A DNA stretch of 64,000 nucleotides from the NCBI GenBank assembly GCA_044341035.1, contig JBIISL010000002.1:16224-80223 (forward strand). Direction: 5' to 3'. Source of the DNA: Ilumatobacteraceae bacterium. Its GTDB lineage: Bacteria > Actinomycetota > Acidimicrobiia > Acidimicrobiales > Ilumatobacteraceae. Below, piece by piece: positions 1 to 7,810 of this stretch. Position numbers and translations under genes: made by a program. The notes under the pieces were generated by a model, which ran no database searches, was not told the DNA's origin, and saw nothing but the letters and a program-made list of their open reading frames with translations. Position 1 is the first letter of the stretch, and each line of letters opens with the position of its first letter.

Positions 1-351
1 TCCTGCAGCTTCTTGTAATGGAAGACCTGCTGGCACTGCCCACACGGCAGCGGCCGGAACACTGATGACTTCAGCATGTGATCCGAATCCCATTGTGGCA
101 ACAACTGGTTGTCCCTTTGTAAATGCGGTGACGCCTTCGCCAACTTCGCGCACAATGCCCGCGGCTTGATATCCGACGATGTGCGGCTTGGTAGCAAGTG
201 CACCGCCAGTTCTGTTGAGTGTGTCACCACCCTGAATTGCAATTACAGCAACATCAATCAAAACTCCGCCTGGGCGTAATTGTGGCTCTGCCACGTCTTC
301 GTACTTCAGGACCTCAGGTCCGCCAGTCTGGTAATAAACAGCAGCTTTCAT
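1..351 (-). CDS. NADPH:quinone oxidoreductase / zinc-type alcohol dehydrogenase-like protein (MDR superfamily). Only the N-terminal part is present; the 3' end runs off the window.
   Basis: Reverse-strand translation from the ATG at the complement of 349-351 gives MKAAVYYQTGGPEVLKYEDVAEPQLRPGGVLIDVAVIAIQGGDTLNRTGGALATKPHIVGYQAAGIVREVGEGV... This is a typical GroES-like N-terminal domain of MDR oxidoreductases. It is absent from the ORF track because the window edge truncates it. Confidence 0.7.
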   Translation of the reverse strand, partial: MKAAVYYQTGGPEVLKYEDVAEPQLRPGGVLIDVAVIAIQGGDTLNRTGGALATKPHIVGYQAAGIVREVGEGVTAFTKGQPVVATMGFGSHAEVISVPAAAVWAVPAGLPLQEAAG

Positions 352-416
352 ACACGTGACGCTACTAGTCACCACAGATTTACGGTCTATTGGGTAATGC
401 GCAGTTGAGACAGAAC

Positions 417-2057
417 TCAGACGGTGAGAGGCTTTGCAAGACGCAGTGTTGCGAGTTCTGCAGGGGCAGAGAGACCGGCCAGCGCAATGTCGTAATCAGG
501 CAACTCATAAACGTCGCCATCGTCGGTAATCATGATGAACCTGTCGAAGTTGGCGAGGAATGTGCGGTCATGGCTCACTGCAATCACAGTGCCTTCGAAA
601 CCTTCAATTGCGCGCTCGAGAGCTTCAGACGAATCTATATCAAGGTTGTCAGTGGGCTCATCAAGTAACAACACGTTATGGCCAGCAAGTTCGAGGCTCA
701 AAATTTCAAGACGTGCTTTTTGACCGCCGGAAAGTGTTTGAAATTCCTGGCGTGCATTGTTGCGTAGGCCGTAGCGGGCGAGTGCCCCCATTGATTTCTG
801 CTCATCGGACAATCTGTCGCGAACAATCTCAATGCACTCACGCCCGTGGAACTCTGGTCTGTCGTTCACTTGGTTGAACATGCCGACAGAAGTACGTGGC
901 CCAAACGTGATGTCGCCCGTAAGGCCTTCTGCTTTGCCATTCAACGCGTTGAGGAGATGAGTCTTTCCAGTTCCGTTCGGGCCAATGAGGCCGAGCCGTT
1001 CCCCAAAATGCACTTCATCAGAAAAGGGCATGAACAGTTCACCAATGGCAACGGACTCAAACTTCACGACTCGACGAGCAGAGTCGGCACCTCGGAACCG
1101 AACATAAATCTGTTGGTCTGCAACTGGCGGAGGAGGTGGCCCGGCCTTCACAAACTTTTCCCAACGCGTTTCTGCACCATTGGCTTTCGTTGCGTTCTTG
1201 AAGTTCTGTGCCGCACGTTGCTTCATGATTTTCATGTGATGAAACAGTCGGCGCTCTTCATCGTTCCATCGCTTTAGGTCGTCACCTAACAATTCTTGAC
1301 GCTTCTGTCGAGCTTCAGGGAAGGTGACATACGAACCACCATGCACCCACGCACCTGAACCTTCGACAGCAATGATTTTTGTTGCTACGCGTTCCAACAA
1401 TGTGCGGTCGTGGCTCACCATCAAGATCGTGCTCTTGCACGCCTTGATTTGTTCTTCTAGCCAGCCACGAGTCGGAATGTCGAGGTAGTTGTCTGGTTCG
1501 TCAAGGAACAAAACGTCAGCACCAGATGTCAATAACAGGTCAAGAACTAGACGCTTGCGTTCTCCGCCAGATAACTGGCTCACAAGACGAGTCGCAAAGT
1601 TGTCAACGGGTGTCTTCACACTGCGTTGCGCTGATGCTGCCCACTGGGTCTCAAGGTCATATCCACCAAGGTCGCCCCAGTCGCCAAGTGCTTCTGCATA
1701 TTTCATGCCGTCGTCTTCGCCACTCATCATTGCTTTTTCAGCAGCGAACAGTTTCTTGCCGGCTTCGCGCAGTGCAGTTGGTGCAACTTCAATCAGCATG
1801 TCGCGCAAACTGTCATCTGGTCGGCTCATGCCAACGTCCTGAGTCATCTGCAGGAATGTGCCACCAATGCTGAACTCGCCATCATCTGCTTCATACTGGC
1901 CAGTGAGAATCTTCAGGATGGTTGATTTACCAACACCATTAGGACCAACGATTGCTGCGTGCTCACCGGGGGAGACTCCAAAGCTGACATCGAAGAACAA
2001 TTGGTCAGCACCAGGAGGCGAATAGGCCAATTCAGATACGACAATGCTGCTCACCAC
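417..2057 (-). CDS. ABC-F family ATPase (two ABC cassettes, no membrane domain)
   Basis: 546 aa. Two Walker A motifs (GPNGVGKST, GPNGTGKTH) and two ABC signatures (LSGGERKRL, LSGGQKARL), with an inter-domain linker and no TM segments. GTG start at 2057. Confidence 0.9.
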   Translation of the reverse strand: MVSSIVVSELAYSPPGADQLFFDVSFGVSPGEHAAIVGPNGVGKSTILKILTGQYEADDGEFSIGGTFLQMTQDVGMSRPDDSLRDMLIEVAPTALREAGKKLFAAEKAMMSGEDDGMKYAEALGDWGDLGGYDLETQWAASAQRSVKTPVDNFATRLVSQLSGGERKRLVLDLLLTSGADVLFLDEPDNYLDIPTRGWLEEQIKACKSTILMVSHDRTLLERVATKIIAVEGSGAWVHGGSYVTFPEARQKRQELLGDDLKRWNDEERRLFHHMKIMKQRAAQNFKNATKANGAETRWEKFVKAGPPPPPVADQQIYVRFRGADSARRVVKFESVAIGELFMPFSDEVHFGERLGLIGPNGTGKTHLLNALNGKAEGLTGDITFGPRTSVGMFNQVNDRPEFHGRECIEIVRDRLSDEQKSMGALARYGLRNNARQEFQTLSGGQKARLEILSLELAGHNVLLLDEPTDNLDIDSSEALERAIEGFEGTVIAVSHDRTFLANFDRFIMITDDGDVYELPDYDIALAGLSAPAELATLRLAKPLTV

Positions 2058-2092
2058 TCCATTGTGGTGGGAGGGGCATCTGCCTCAAACTA

Positions 2093-2114
2093 AATATATC
2101 TGTACAGGTATATT
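2093..2114. promoter_or_regulatory. Near-perfect 22-bp palindrome (AATATAtCTGTACAGgTATATT). Candidate operator overlapping a TATATT -10-like hexamer directly upstream of the XRE gene.
   Basis: Read directly. The CTGTACAG core is a perfect palindrome, and the flanks match except for one symmetric mismatch pair. TATATT (2109-2114) ends 6 nt before the ATG at 2121 and there is no SD, which fits a leaderless transcript. Confidence 0.4.
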
Positions 2115-2120
2115 AGATGT

Positions 2121-2447
2121 ATGGCTAAAGAGGTGTATTCCCGCAATCTGATTCATACGGCACGAGTGCAGGCTGGTCTAACCCAAGCCGAACTAGCCCG
2201 AATAGGTAAAACGAGTCAGGCTGCAATTTCTGCATATGAATCTGGCAAGAGATCTCCATCTGTTGAAACTCTCTCGAGACTTATTCGGGTAACAGGAATG
2301 GAATTGCGAATGCGACTTTCAGAACCCGACACTCATGACGCATCGCGTAAGTCAGCAGAAAAAATCCTGCCCCGCGCTCAGGTTCGTGCACACATAACTC
2401 GCGAAGGAAAGCGAATTAGTGCACATGGTCGAGGTTCCAAGACTTGA
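2121..2447 (+). CDS. XRE-family helix-turn-helix DNA-binding protein (antitoxin-like)
   Basis: 108 aa. LIHTARVQAGLTQAELARIGKTSQAAISAYESGKRSPSVETLSRLIRVTG is a classic Cro/C1-type HTH. It overlaps the next ORF by about 25 nt. Confidence 0.85.
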   Translation: MAKEVYSRNLIHTARVQAGLTQAELARIGKTSQAAISAYESGKRSPSVETLSRLIRVTGMELRMRLSEPDTHDASRKSAEKILPRAQVRAHITREGKRISAHGRGSKT

Positions 2448-2925
2448 TATCCAAAAACTGTTTGAGGAATTAGAAAAAGAGAAAGTTCAATATGTCGTTA
2501 TCGGTGGAATTGCAGCTCAACAATTAGGCCTACCGGTTCCCGCCACAGTTGATTTAGATATAACACCGAAACGATCGGCAGAGAATTATCGAAGTCTTTC
2601 TCGCTTCTTTGAGAATGTAGGAGCGGCCCTGTTTACTGCTGAAGATGGTGGCACCTGGTTTCCCTATCATCTCCTTGAAAATTGGAGCCAATACAGCACT
2701 CTTCACTTACTCACAAGATTTGGACTACTTGATCTTGTCTTTTCACCAGAAGGTGCCCCATCTGGTTATTCAGAACTGGCTCCTAATTCTCAAGTGCTTA
2801 CTATGGAGTTGCTGAAGATTCGCTTGATAACAGAAAAGCAATGGGTTGCCCTAAAAGTTGCAGCTGGTCGCGAGAAAGATATTGAGCACTTGTCTATGTA
2901 TTACAAAGACAGAAACGAGAACTAG
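2419..2925 (+). CDS. Nucleotidyltransferase-fold-like protein, possible toxin/antitoxin partner of the XRE gene
   Basis: 168 aa. VVIGGIAAQQLG...ATVDLDI resembles the G[GS]-x(n)-DxD minimal nucleotidyltransferase motif. The C-terminal KVAAGREKDIEHL is also seen in this type of small NTase. The start could be GTG 2419 or ATG 2425. The region looks more AT-rich than its flanks by eye. Confidence 0.55.
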   Translation: MHMVEVPRLDIQKLFEELEKEKVQYVVIGGIAAQQLGLPVPATVDLDITPKRSAENYRSLSRFFENVGAALFTAEDGGTWFPYHLLENWSQYSTLHLLTRFGLLDLVFSPEGAPSGYSELAPNSQVLTMELLKIRLITEKQWVALKVAAGREKDIEHLSMYYKDRNEN

Positions 2926-4676
2926 CTTCCTAGTTCCTCGGTGAGTTCTAACCACTGCGTTTCGAGTGATTCAATTGCTGTCTGTAGTGCTGCGAGTTCT
3001 TCGCCCAATGCGGCAAGTTTCTTATGGTCGTTTCCGGCATCAGCGATGTCTTGATACAACGCTGTCTGGCGAGCCGTGCGCTTCGTCATATCTTTTTCAA
3101 CGTTGGCAATCAGTCTGTTCAGTGTGCTTGGGCTACGTGATGACTTCTGCTTGGCAGGTTTGGTCGCAGACGAGCGCTGGTTCGGAGCAGAACGCGGTGT
3201 AGTTGCGCGCGCTGATCGCTGTTGTAGCCATGTTGCAACTCCACCGGGCACCAATGCTGCGCCACCTTCGCCGTCGAGCGCCAAAATCTCTTCCACAGTG
3301 CGGTCAATAAATGCACGGTCGTGACTGACAACCACAACAATGCCTGGCCAGTCGTCAAGGTAATCCTCGAGGGCACGCAAAGTGTCAAGGTCAAGGTCGT
3401 TCGTTGGTTCATCCAACAACAACACGTTGGGTTGTTCAATCAGTGTGAGCAGTAATTGCAAACGGCGACGTTCTCCACCAGACAATGTGCTTAATGGCGC
3501 GAACTGTGCATCACCATCAAACCAGAATCTCTTCATCAAGTTGAGGTCTTCTACTGAAGGAGAGCCTTTGTCGCCTGCAACAACATCACGCACTCGTTTT
3601 GATAAGTCGAGTTCTTTACCCAACTGGTCGTAGTAGCCCACCAATACCGTTTTCCCAATATCAATGGTGCCAACGGTGGGGGTGAGCCGACCAGCAATCA
3701 TGTCGAGCAATGTGCTCTTACCCGCGCCGTTTGGCCCAACAATTCCTAAACGGTCACCCGGTTCCAGTGCATGATCAAATGCGTGCAGTACTTCATGACC
3801 ATCTGGCCATGTGAAGCCCACGCCAAGCATTTCGATTCCTTTTGAACCAAGTCGCTTGCTTCCGAGGTCTAGGCCCAATTCGCCTTGTCGTGCTGGGCCG
3901 TCTGGTTTATTTGCAATCAGCGCTTCAGCAGCTGCAATACGTGCTTTTGGTTTTGCAGTTCGTGCAGGTGCACCACGGCGCAACCATGCAAGTTCCTTCT
4001 TTGCAGCGTTCTTGCGTACTTGCTCTGCTGTTGCGGAGTTCTCTTCACGTTCGGCGCGAGCAGCTAGGTACGCCGCGTAACCAGACCCGGCGTTTTCGCC
4101 AGCAGGAATATGCAAGTACGCATGTCCGCGATCTATTTCCAATACTCGGTTTGTAACACGGTCAAGAACATGACGGTCGTGCGTAACAATGGCAAGTCCA
4201 CCAGGGAAACGCGCGAGCGTCTCTTCAAGGAAACCAATTGCGTCAAGATCTAAATGGTTGGTTGGCTCGTCAAGAATGAGACAGTCCCATTCACCCGCTA
4301 GAAGACGGGCCAATGCAACACGCTTTAACTGTCCACCAGATAGTTCGCGCGTATCGGCTTCCACCATGTCGCCCATGCCAAGTTTGTCCAGCATTGCTTC
4401 GCCTTGCCAGCCACCACCCACTGCATCGCGCACGGTTCCATTCGGCAACACTGGCAATTGTGGCAACACGCCAATGCGCGCTCCACGGCCAGTTCGCACT
4501 ACACCAGCGTCAGGTCGCAATTCGCCAGACAAAATGCGAAACAGTGTGCTCTTGCCGCAACCATTGAGACCAACAACACCCAATCGGTCGCCAGTGCTCA
4601 ACGTAATGGAGACATCTTCGAACAAGGGACGACCAGGACGAGACGCCTTGAGTCCTTCAGCATCAATCAGAATCAT
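2922..4676 (-). CDS. ABC-F family ATPase, Uup-like (C-terminal basic/coiled-coil tail)
   Basis: Walker A motifs GLNGCGKST and GPNGAGKST; signatures LSGGQLKRV and LSGGERRRL; Lys/Arg-rich C-terminal tail with a coiled-coil-like end. The ORF track opens at 4697. I prefer ATG 4676 (MILIDAEGL...), which lies 1 nt after the prfC stop (TGAcATG). Confidence 0.9.
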   Translation of the reverse strand: MILIDAEGLKASRPGRPLFEDVSITLSTGDRLGVVGLNGCGKSTLFRILSGELRPDAGVVRTGRGARIGVLPQLPVLPNGTVRDAVGGGWQGEAMLDKLGMGDMVEADTRELSGGQLKRVALARLLAGEWDCLILDEPTNHLDLDAIGFLEETLARFPGGLAIVTHDRHVLDRVTNRVLEIDRGHAYLHIPAGENAGSGYAAYLAARAEREENSATAEQVRKNAAKKELAWLRRGAPARTAKPKARIAAAEALIANKPDGPARQGELGLDLGSKRLGSKGIEMLGVGFTWPDGHEVLHAFDHALEPGDRLGIVGPNGAGKSTLLDMIAGRLTPTVGTIDIGKTVLVGYYDQLGKELDLSKRVRDVVAGDKGSPSVEDLNLMKRFWFDGDAQFAPLSTLSGGERRRLQLLLTLIEQPNVLLLDEPTNDLDLDTLRALEDYLDDWPGIVVVVSHDRAFIDRTVEEILALDGEGGAALVPGGVATWLQQRSARATTPRSAPNQRSSATKPAKQKSSRSPSTLNRLIANVEKDMTKRTARQTALYQDIADAGNDHKKLAALGEELAALQTAIESLETQWLELTEELGS

Positions 4677-4677
4677 G

Positions 4678-6267
4678 TCAGTCCCGACTGCCCGCAAGAA
4701 TTGGAATCAATGTGAGTGCAGGTTCGTCCGCTTCAAGGCGTTGCAACCTGTATTTACTTTGGAACAGCGCAACAAGTTCGCCATCGCTACGACGCAAGAT
4801 ACGAATGCCACCAATTTCGCGTAAGCGCGGAATTGATTCCTTGTCGGTTATGCGAATCGCTTGATAATCAGCATTCAAAATTTCAGCCGGTGCGTTGAAT
4901 TCATGCTGCAAACGATGAGCCAATACTTCAAACTGCAATTGACCAACGGCGGCAAGCACAGGGTCGGCGTCGCCCATGTCTGGATCGCGCAACACCTGCA
5001 CAACACCTTCTTCGTCAAGCTGTTGCATGCCGCGACGGAACTGTTTGAACTTTGAAGAATCAAGTGGGCGAGCAGTAGCAAACACTTCAGGTGCAAAACG
5101 GGGCAGGGCGGGGAACGACACTGCTTTTCCTGCATGCAATGTGTCACCGATCTGTAAACCAGCCGTGTTGATGAGGCCAATCACATCCCCAGGGAACGCT
5201 TCTTCAATTGTCTCGCGTTCTGAACCGAATGCAGTGGTTGCATACTTCGTACCGACGTTCTTTGCGGTGCGTGCACAATCAACATCCATTCCACGCTCAA
5301 ACTTCCCTGAACAAATTCGTGCAAAGGCAATTCGGTCACGGTGGTTTGGGTCCATGTTGGCCTGAATCTTGAAGATGAACGCCGCAAACTCTGCTTCAAG
5401 TGGGCGATGGTCACCGTCAACGTCTTTACGCGGTGCAGGAGCGGGGGCAAGATCGACAACTGCGTCGAGAAGCATTTGCACACCAAAGTTAGTGATTGCA
5501 GAACCCACAAATACTGGGGTGCTCTCGCCAGCAAGGAAACTTTCAATATCGACATCGGCACCAATGGCATCGAGAAGTCCACATCCATCGAGCGCTTGCT
5601 TCCAAGCAGGGCCTTCGTCGATTGCTGCCTGTTCTGGGCTCACAATTTCTTCTGGTGCAATTGATGAACCGCGTGCAACACGAGTGAACCGTACGAAGTC
5701 ACCGGTACGACGATCAATAACCCCCCGGAAATCACCAGACTGACCAACAGGCCACGTAACAGGAGTGGGGCGCAAACCAATTTGTTGTTCTACTTCGTCT
5801 AACAATTCCAACGGATCACGGCCAGGTCTGTCGTACTTATTGAAGAATGTAATTACGGGAAGGTTTTGCGCACGGCATACTTCAAATAGTTTTAATGTCT
5901 GAGGTTCAATACCTTTGGCAACGTCGAGCACCATGATGACTGCATCAACTGCAGACAACACGCGGTAGGTGTCTTCAGAAAAGTCGCGGTGACCAGGGGT
6001 GTCGAGCAAATTGAACACACAATCGCGATAGGGGAACTGCAACACAGTCGATGAAATAGAGATTCCGCGCTGGCGTTCCATCGCCATCCAGTCAGACGTG
6101 GCGGCACGTCTGTCGCCTCGGGCTTTTACTGCGCCGCCGGTCTGGATAGCGCCTGCATAAAGGAGGAATTTCTCGGTGAGGGTGGTCTTTCCTGCGTCAG
6201 GGTGAGAAATAATGGCAAATGTGCGCCGAGTGGCCGCTTCGCTCAAGATTTCAGGTGATTCAGACAC
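4678..6267 (-). CDS. prfC: Peptide chain release factor 3 (translational GTPase)
   Basis: 529 aa. RRTFAIISHPDAGKTTLTEKFLLYAGAIQTGGAVKARG...ATSDWMAMERQRGISISS...LLDTPGH is the RF3 G-domain signature. Confidence 0.95.
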   Translation of the reverse strand: MSESPEILSEAATRRTFAIISHPDAGKTTLTEKFLLYAGAIQTGGAVKARGDRRAATSDWMAMERQRGISISSTVLQFPYRDCVFNLLDTPGHRDFSEDTYRVLSAVDAVIMVLDVAKGIEPQTLKLFEVCRAQNLPVITFFNKYDRPGRDPLELLDEVEQQIGLRPTPVTWPVGQSGDFRGVIDRRTGDFVRFTRVARGSSIAPEEIVSPEQAAIDEGPAWKQALDGCGLLDAIGADVDIESFLAGESTPVFVGSAITNFGVQMLLDAVVDLAPAPAPRKDVDGDHRPLEAEFAAFIFKIQANMDPNHRDRIAFARICSGKFERGMDVDCARTAKNVGTKYATTAFGSERETIEEAFPGDVIGLINTAGLQIGDTLHAGKAVSFPALPRFAPEVFATARPLDSSKFKQFRRGMQQLDEEGVVQVLRDPDMGDADPVLAAVGQLQFEVLAHRLQHEFNAPAEILNADYQAIRITDKESIPRLREIGGIRILRRSDGELVALFQSKYRLQRLEADEPALTLIPILAGSRD

Positions 6268-6328
6268 TCAAAGAGCCTACGGGCGTTGGGGGAAAGTGAC
6301 CCATCTGAGGGTCACTACAATTTTCGCC

Positions 6329-7801
6329 ATGGCAAAGAACACCTCGGTAATGATGCAGGCAAGCGTGGCGCCTCAGCCGCTGCCACCAATCGACTCCGTT
6401 CGAATCAAAACACAAAAACCGCTACCCGAAACTGAACGCACTTCGAAGATTCATAATCTCACCTTCGAAGGTGGTGGAGCAAAGGGTTACTGCTATATCG
6501 GTGCGCTGCAAGTGTTGGAAGAAAAAGGTATTTACCCACACAATATTCAGCGCGTAGCAGGTACAAGTGTCGGAAGCATGTTTGCATTGCTGGCAGCAAC
6601 CGGGTGTTCTACCGAGTACATGTTGGAGAAAGTACCGGCAGATTTTGAATCAGTTGCCAAAGATGGCTCAGGCGGTCAGTTCCGATCGTTTGCTCGTGCT
6701 GCTCGGCGGCGCGGCATGCACCCAGGCCAGAAGTTGTATGACTTTCTGGGGTCAATCTTGGAAGACACAACGGGAAGTGCGGACATTACATTTGCTCAGC
6801 TGTACGAGCGTTGTGGCCGTGAACTGTGCATTCCTGTTACGAATGTCTCGCGCATGATGACGGAATACTGTCACATCAAGACAACGCCAAACATGCCGGT
6901 TCGAGTTGCGACGCGTATGTCTATGTCTTTGCCCGTGATGTTGCAACCCATCAACCTTGTTTCCGGGCTTGATCGTGTTCTCAATACCGAACCTGAGGTC
7001 TATGTTGATGGTGGTTTGTTGTGCAACAACCCGATTCATGTGTTCGATGGTTGGTGGTTGTCGATGGATCCGAAGGATTCGTTCCTGCGTCGTATGCGTC
7101 CACTGGAACATGCGAGCGAGCACTACCCACGTTCGTCACGCTTCACTCCAAACAATCCACATACTCTCGGGTTCACATTGGTGTCGGCAGACGAGGCGGA
7201 CATCACACGAGGCTGGATGGATCAAGCGGCAACACCAACTCGCCCCAATACGAAGACGGCACTTGCATTTACCGAGAAGGAAATCGAAAAAGCCAAAGGC
7301 CACCAGATGCAAAAGCCAGTACAGAAGCTGCTCGACCATTTTGATGCGTTTGACACCAATGCTGATGGTCGTATCACGCGTGCAGAATTGAATGCCGCAA
7401 TTGCTAGCGGTGGACTCAGCACTGACGAACTCACAACAATCTTTGGAACAACTTCACCAGACCAAATTTTTGATCGTATGAACGTGGCAGGTGATGACGC
7501 AATTGATTTCGGAGAAGTACTGGCATTCCTCGAATCGATCGGGCTTGATGTCACCACGCAATTGGTCGGGTTTCCTGCTCGTCCGCCGAAGAACATGTTG
7601 GAGTTTGCCCTGAACATGCTGGAAGCGGTAACCCGTGATCTCACGCGGGCTAATCAGGGTCTTGGGGACCGTGACCGAATCGTTCCGATTGATACTGACT
7701 ATGTGGGAACCACCACTTTTGATTTAGTGCAGGATGATCTCGATTTCATGGTTGATTCGGGACGCAACCACACCAAGGCCTTTCTTAGCCATCACCGCTA
7801 A
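6329..7801 (+). CDS. Patatin-like phospholipase with a C-terminal EF-hand pair
   Basis: Patatin motifs: FEGGGAKG (oxyanion hole), GTSVG (GxSxG nucleophile) and VDGGLLCNNP (catalytic Asp-Gly). C-terminal canonical EF-hand loop DTNADGRITRAE (7352-7387) plus a degenerate partner NVAGDDAIDFGE (7481-7516). The ORF track opens at 6212, inside prfC. ATG 6329 (MAKNTSV...) avoids that overlap. Confidence 0.85.
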   Translation: MAKNTSVMMQASVAPQPLPPIDSVRIKTQKPLPETERTSKIHNLTFEGGGAKGYCYIGALQVLEEKGIYPHNIQRVAGTSVGSMFALLAATGCSTEYMLEKVPADFESVAKDGSGGQFRSFARAARRRGMHPGQKLYDFLGSILEDTTGSADITFAQLYERCGRELCIPVTNVSRMMTEYCHIKTTPNMPVRVATRMSMSLPVMLQPINLVSGLDRVLNTEPEVYVDGGLLCNNPIHVFDGWWLSMDPKDSFLRRMRPLEHASEHYPRSSRFTPNNPHTLGFTLVSADEADITRGWMDQAATPTRPNTKTALAFTEKEIEKAKGHQMQKPVQKLLDHFDAFDTNADGRITRAELNAAIASGGLSTDELTTIFGTTSPDQIFDRMNVAGDDAIDFGEVLAFLESIGLDVTTQLVGFPARPPKNMLEFALNMLEAVTRDLTRANQGLGDRDRIVPIDTDYVGTTTFDLVQDDLDFMVDSGRNHTKAFLSHHR

Positions 7802-7810
7802 TCTTGCGAG

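Noticed and set aside
390-1873. Plus-strand ORFs 390..668, 532..723, 560..877, 846..1277, 1489..1842 and 1526..1873.
   Set aside because: All are antisense to the well-supported ABC-F gene. Their products are Arg/Ser/Cys-rich with no motifs.
4189-4824. 211-aa plus-strand ORF.
   Set aside because: It is antisense to the Uup-like ABC-F gene and the prfC 3' end. Its Pro/Arg/Ser-rich composition is typical of antisense frames of GC-balanced genes.
6212-6328. Upstream extension of the patatin ORF to 6212. Similar extensions apply to the ABC-F gene (4697), the sulfatase (63657), the DUF2993-like gene (55282) and the saccharopine-DH-like gene (11563).
   Set aside because: The extensions overlap neighbouring well-supported genes or precede the natural N-terminal motif (Rossmann loop, signal peptide, metal-binding start). 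Downstream ATG codons give standard N-termini. The start choices remain predictions.
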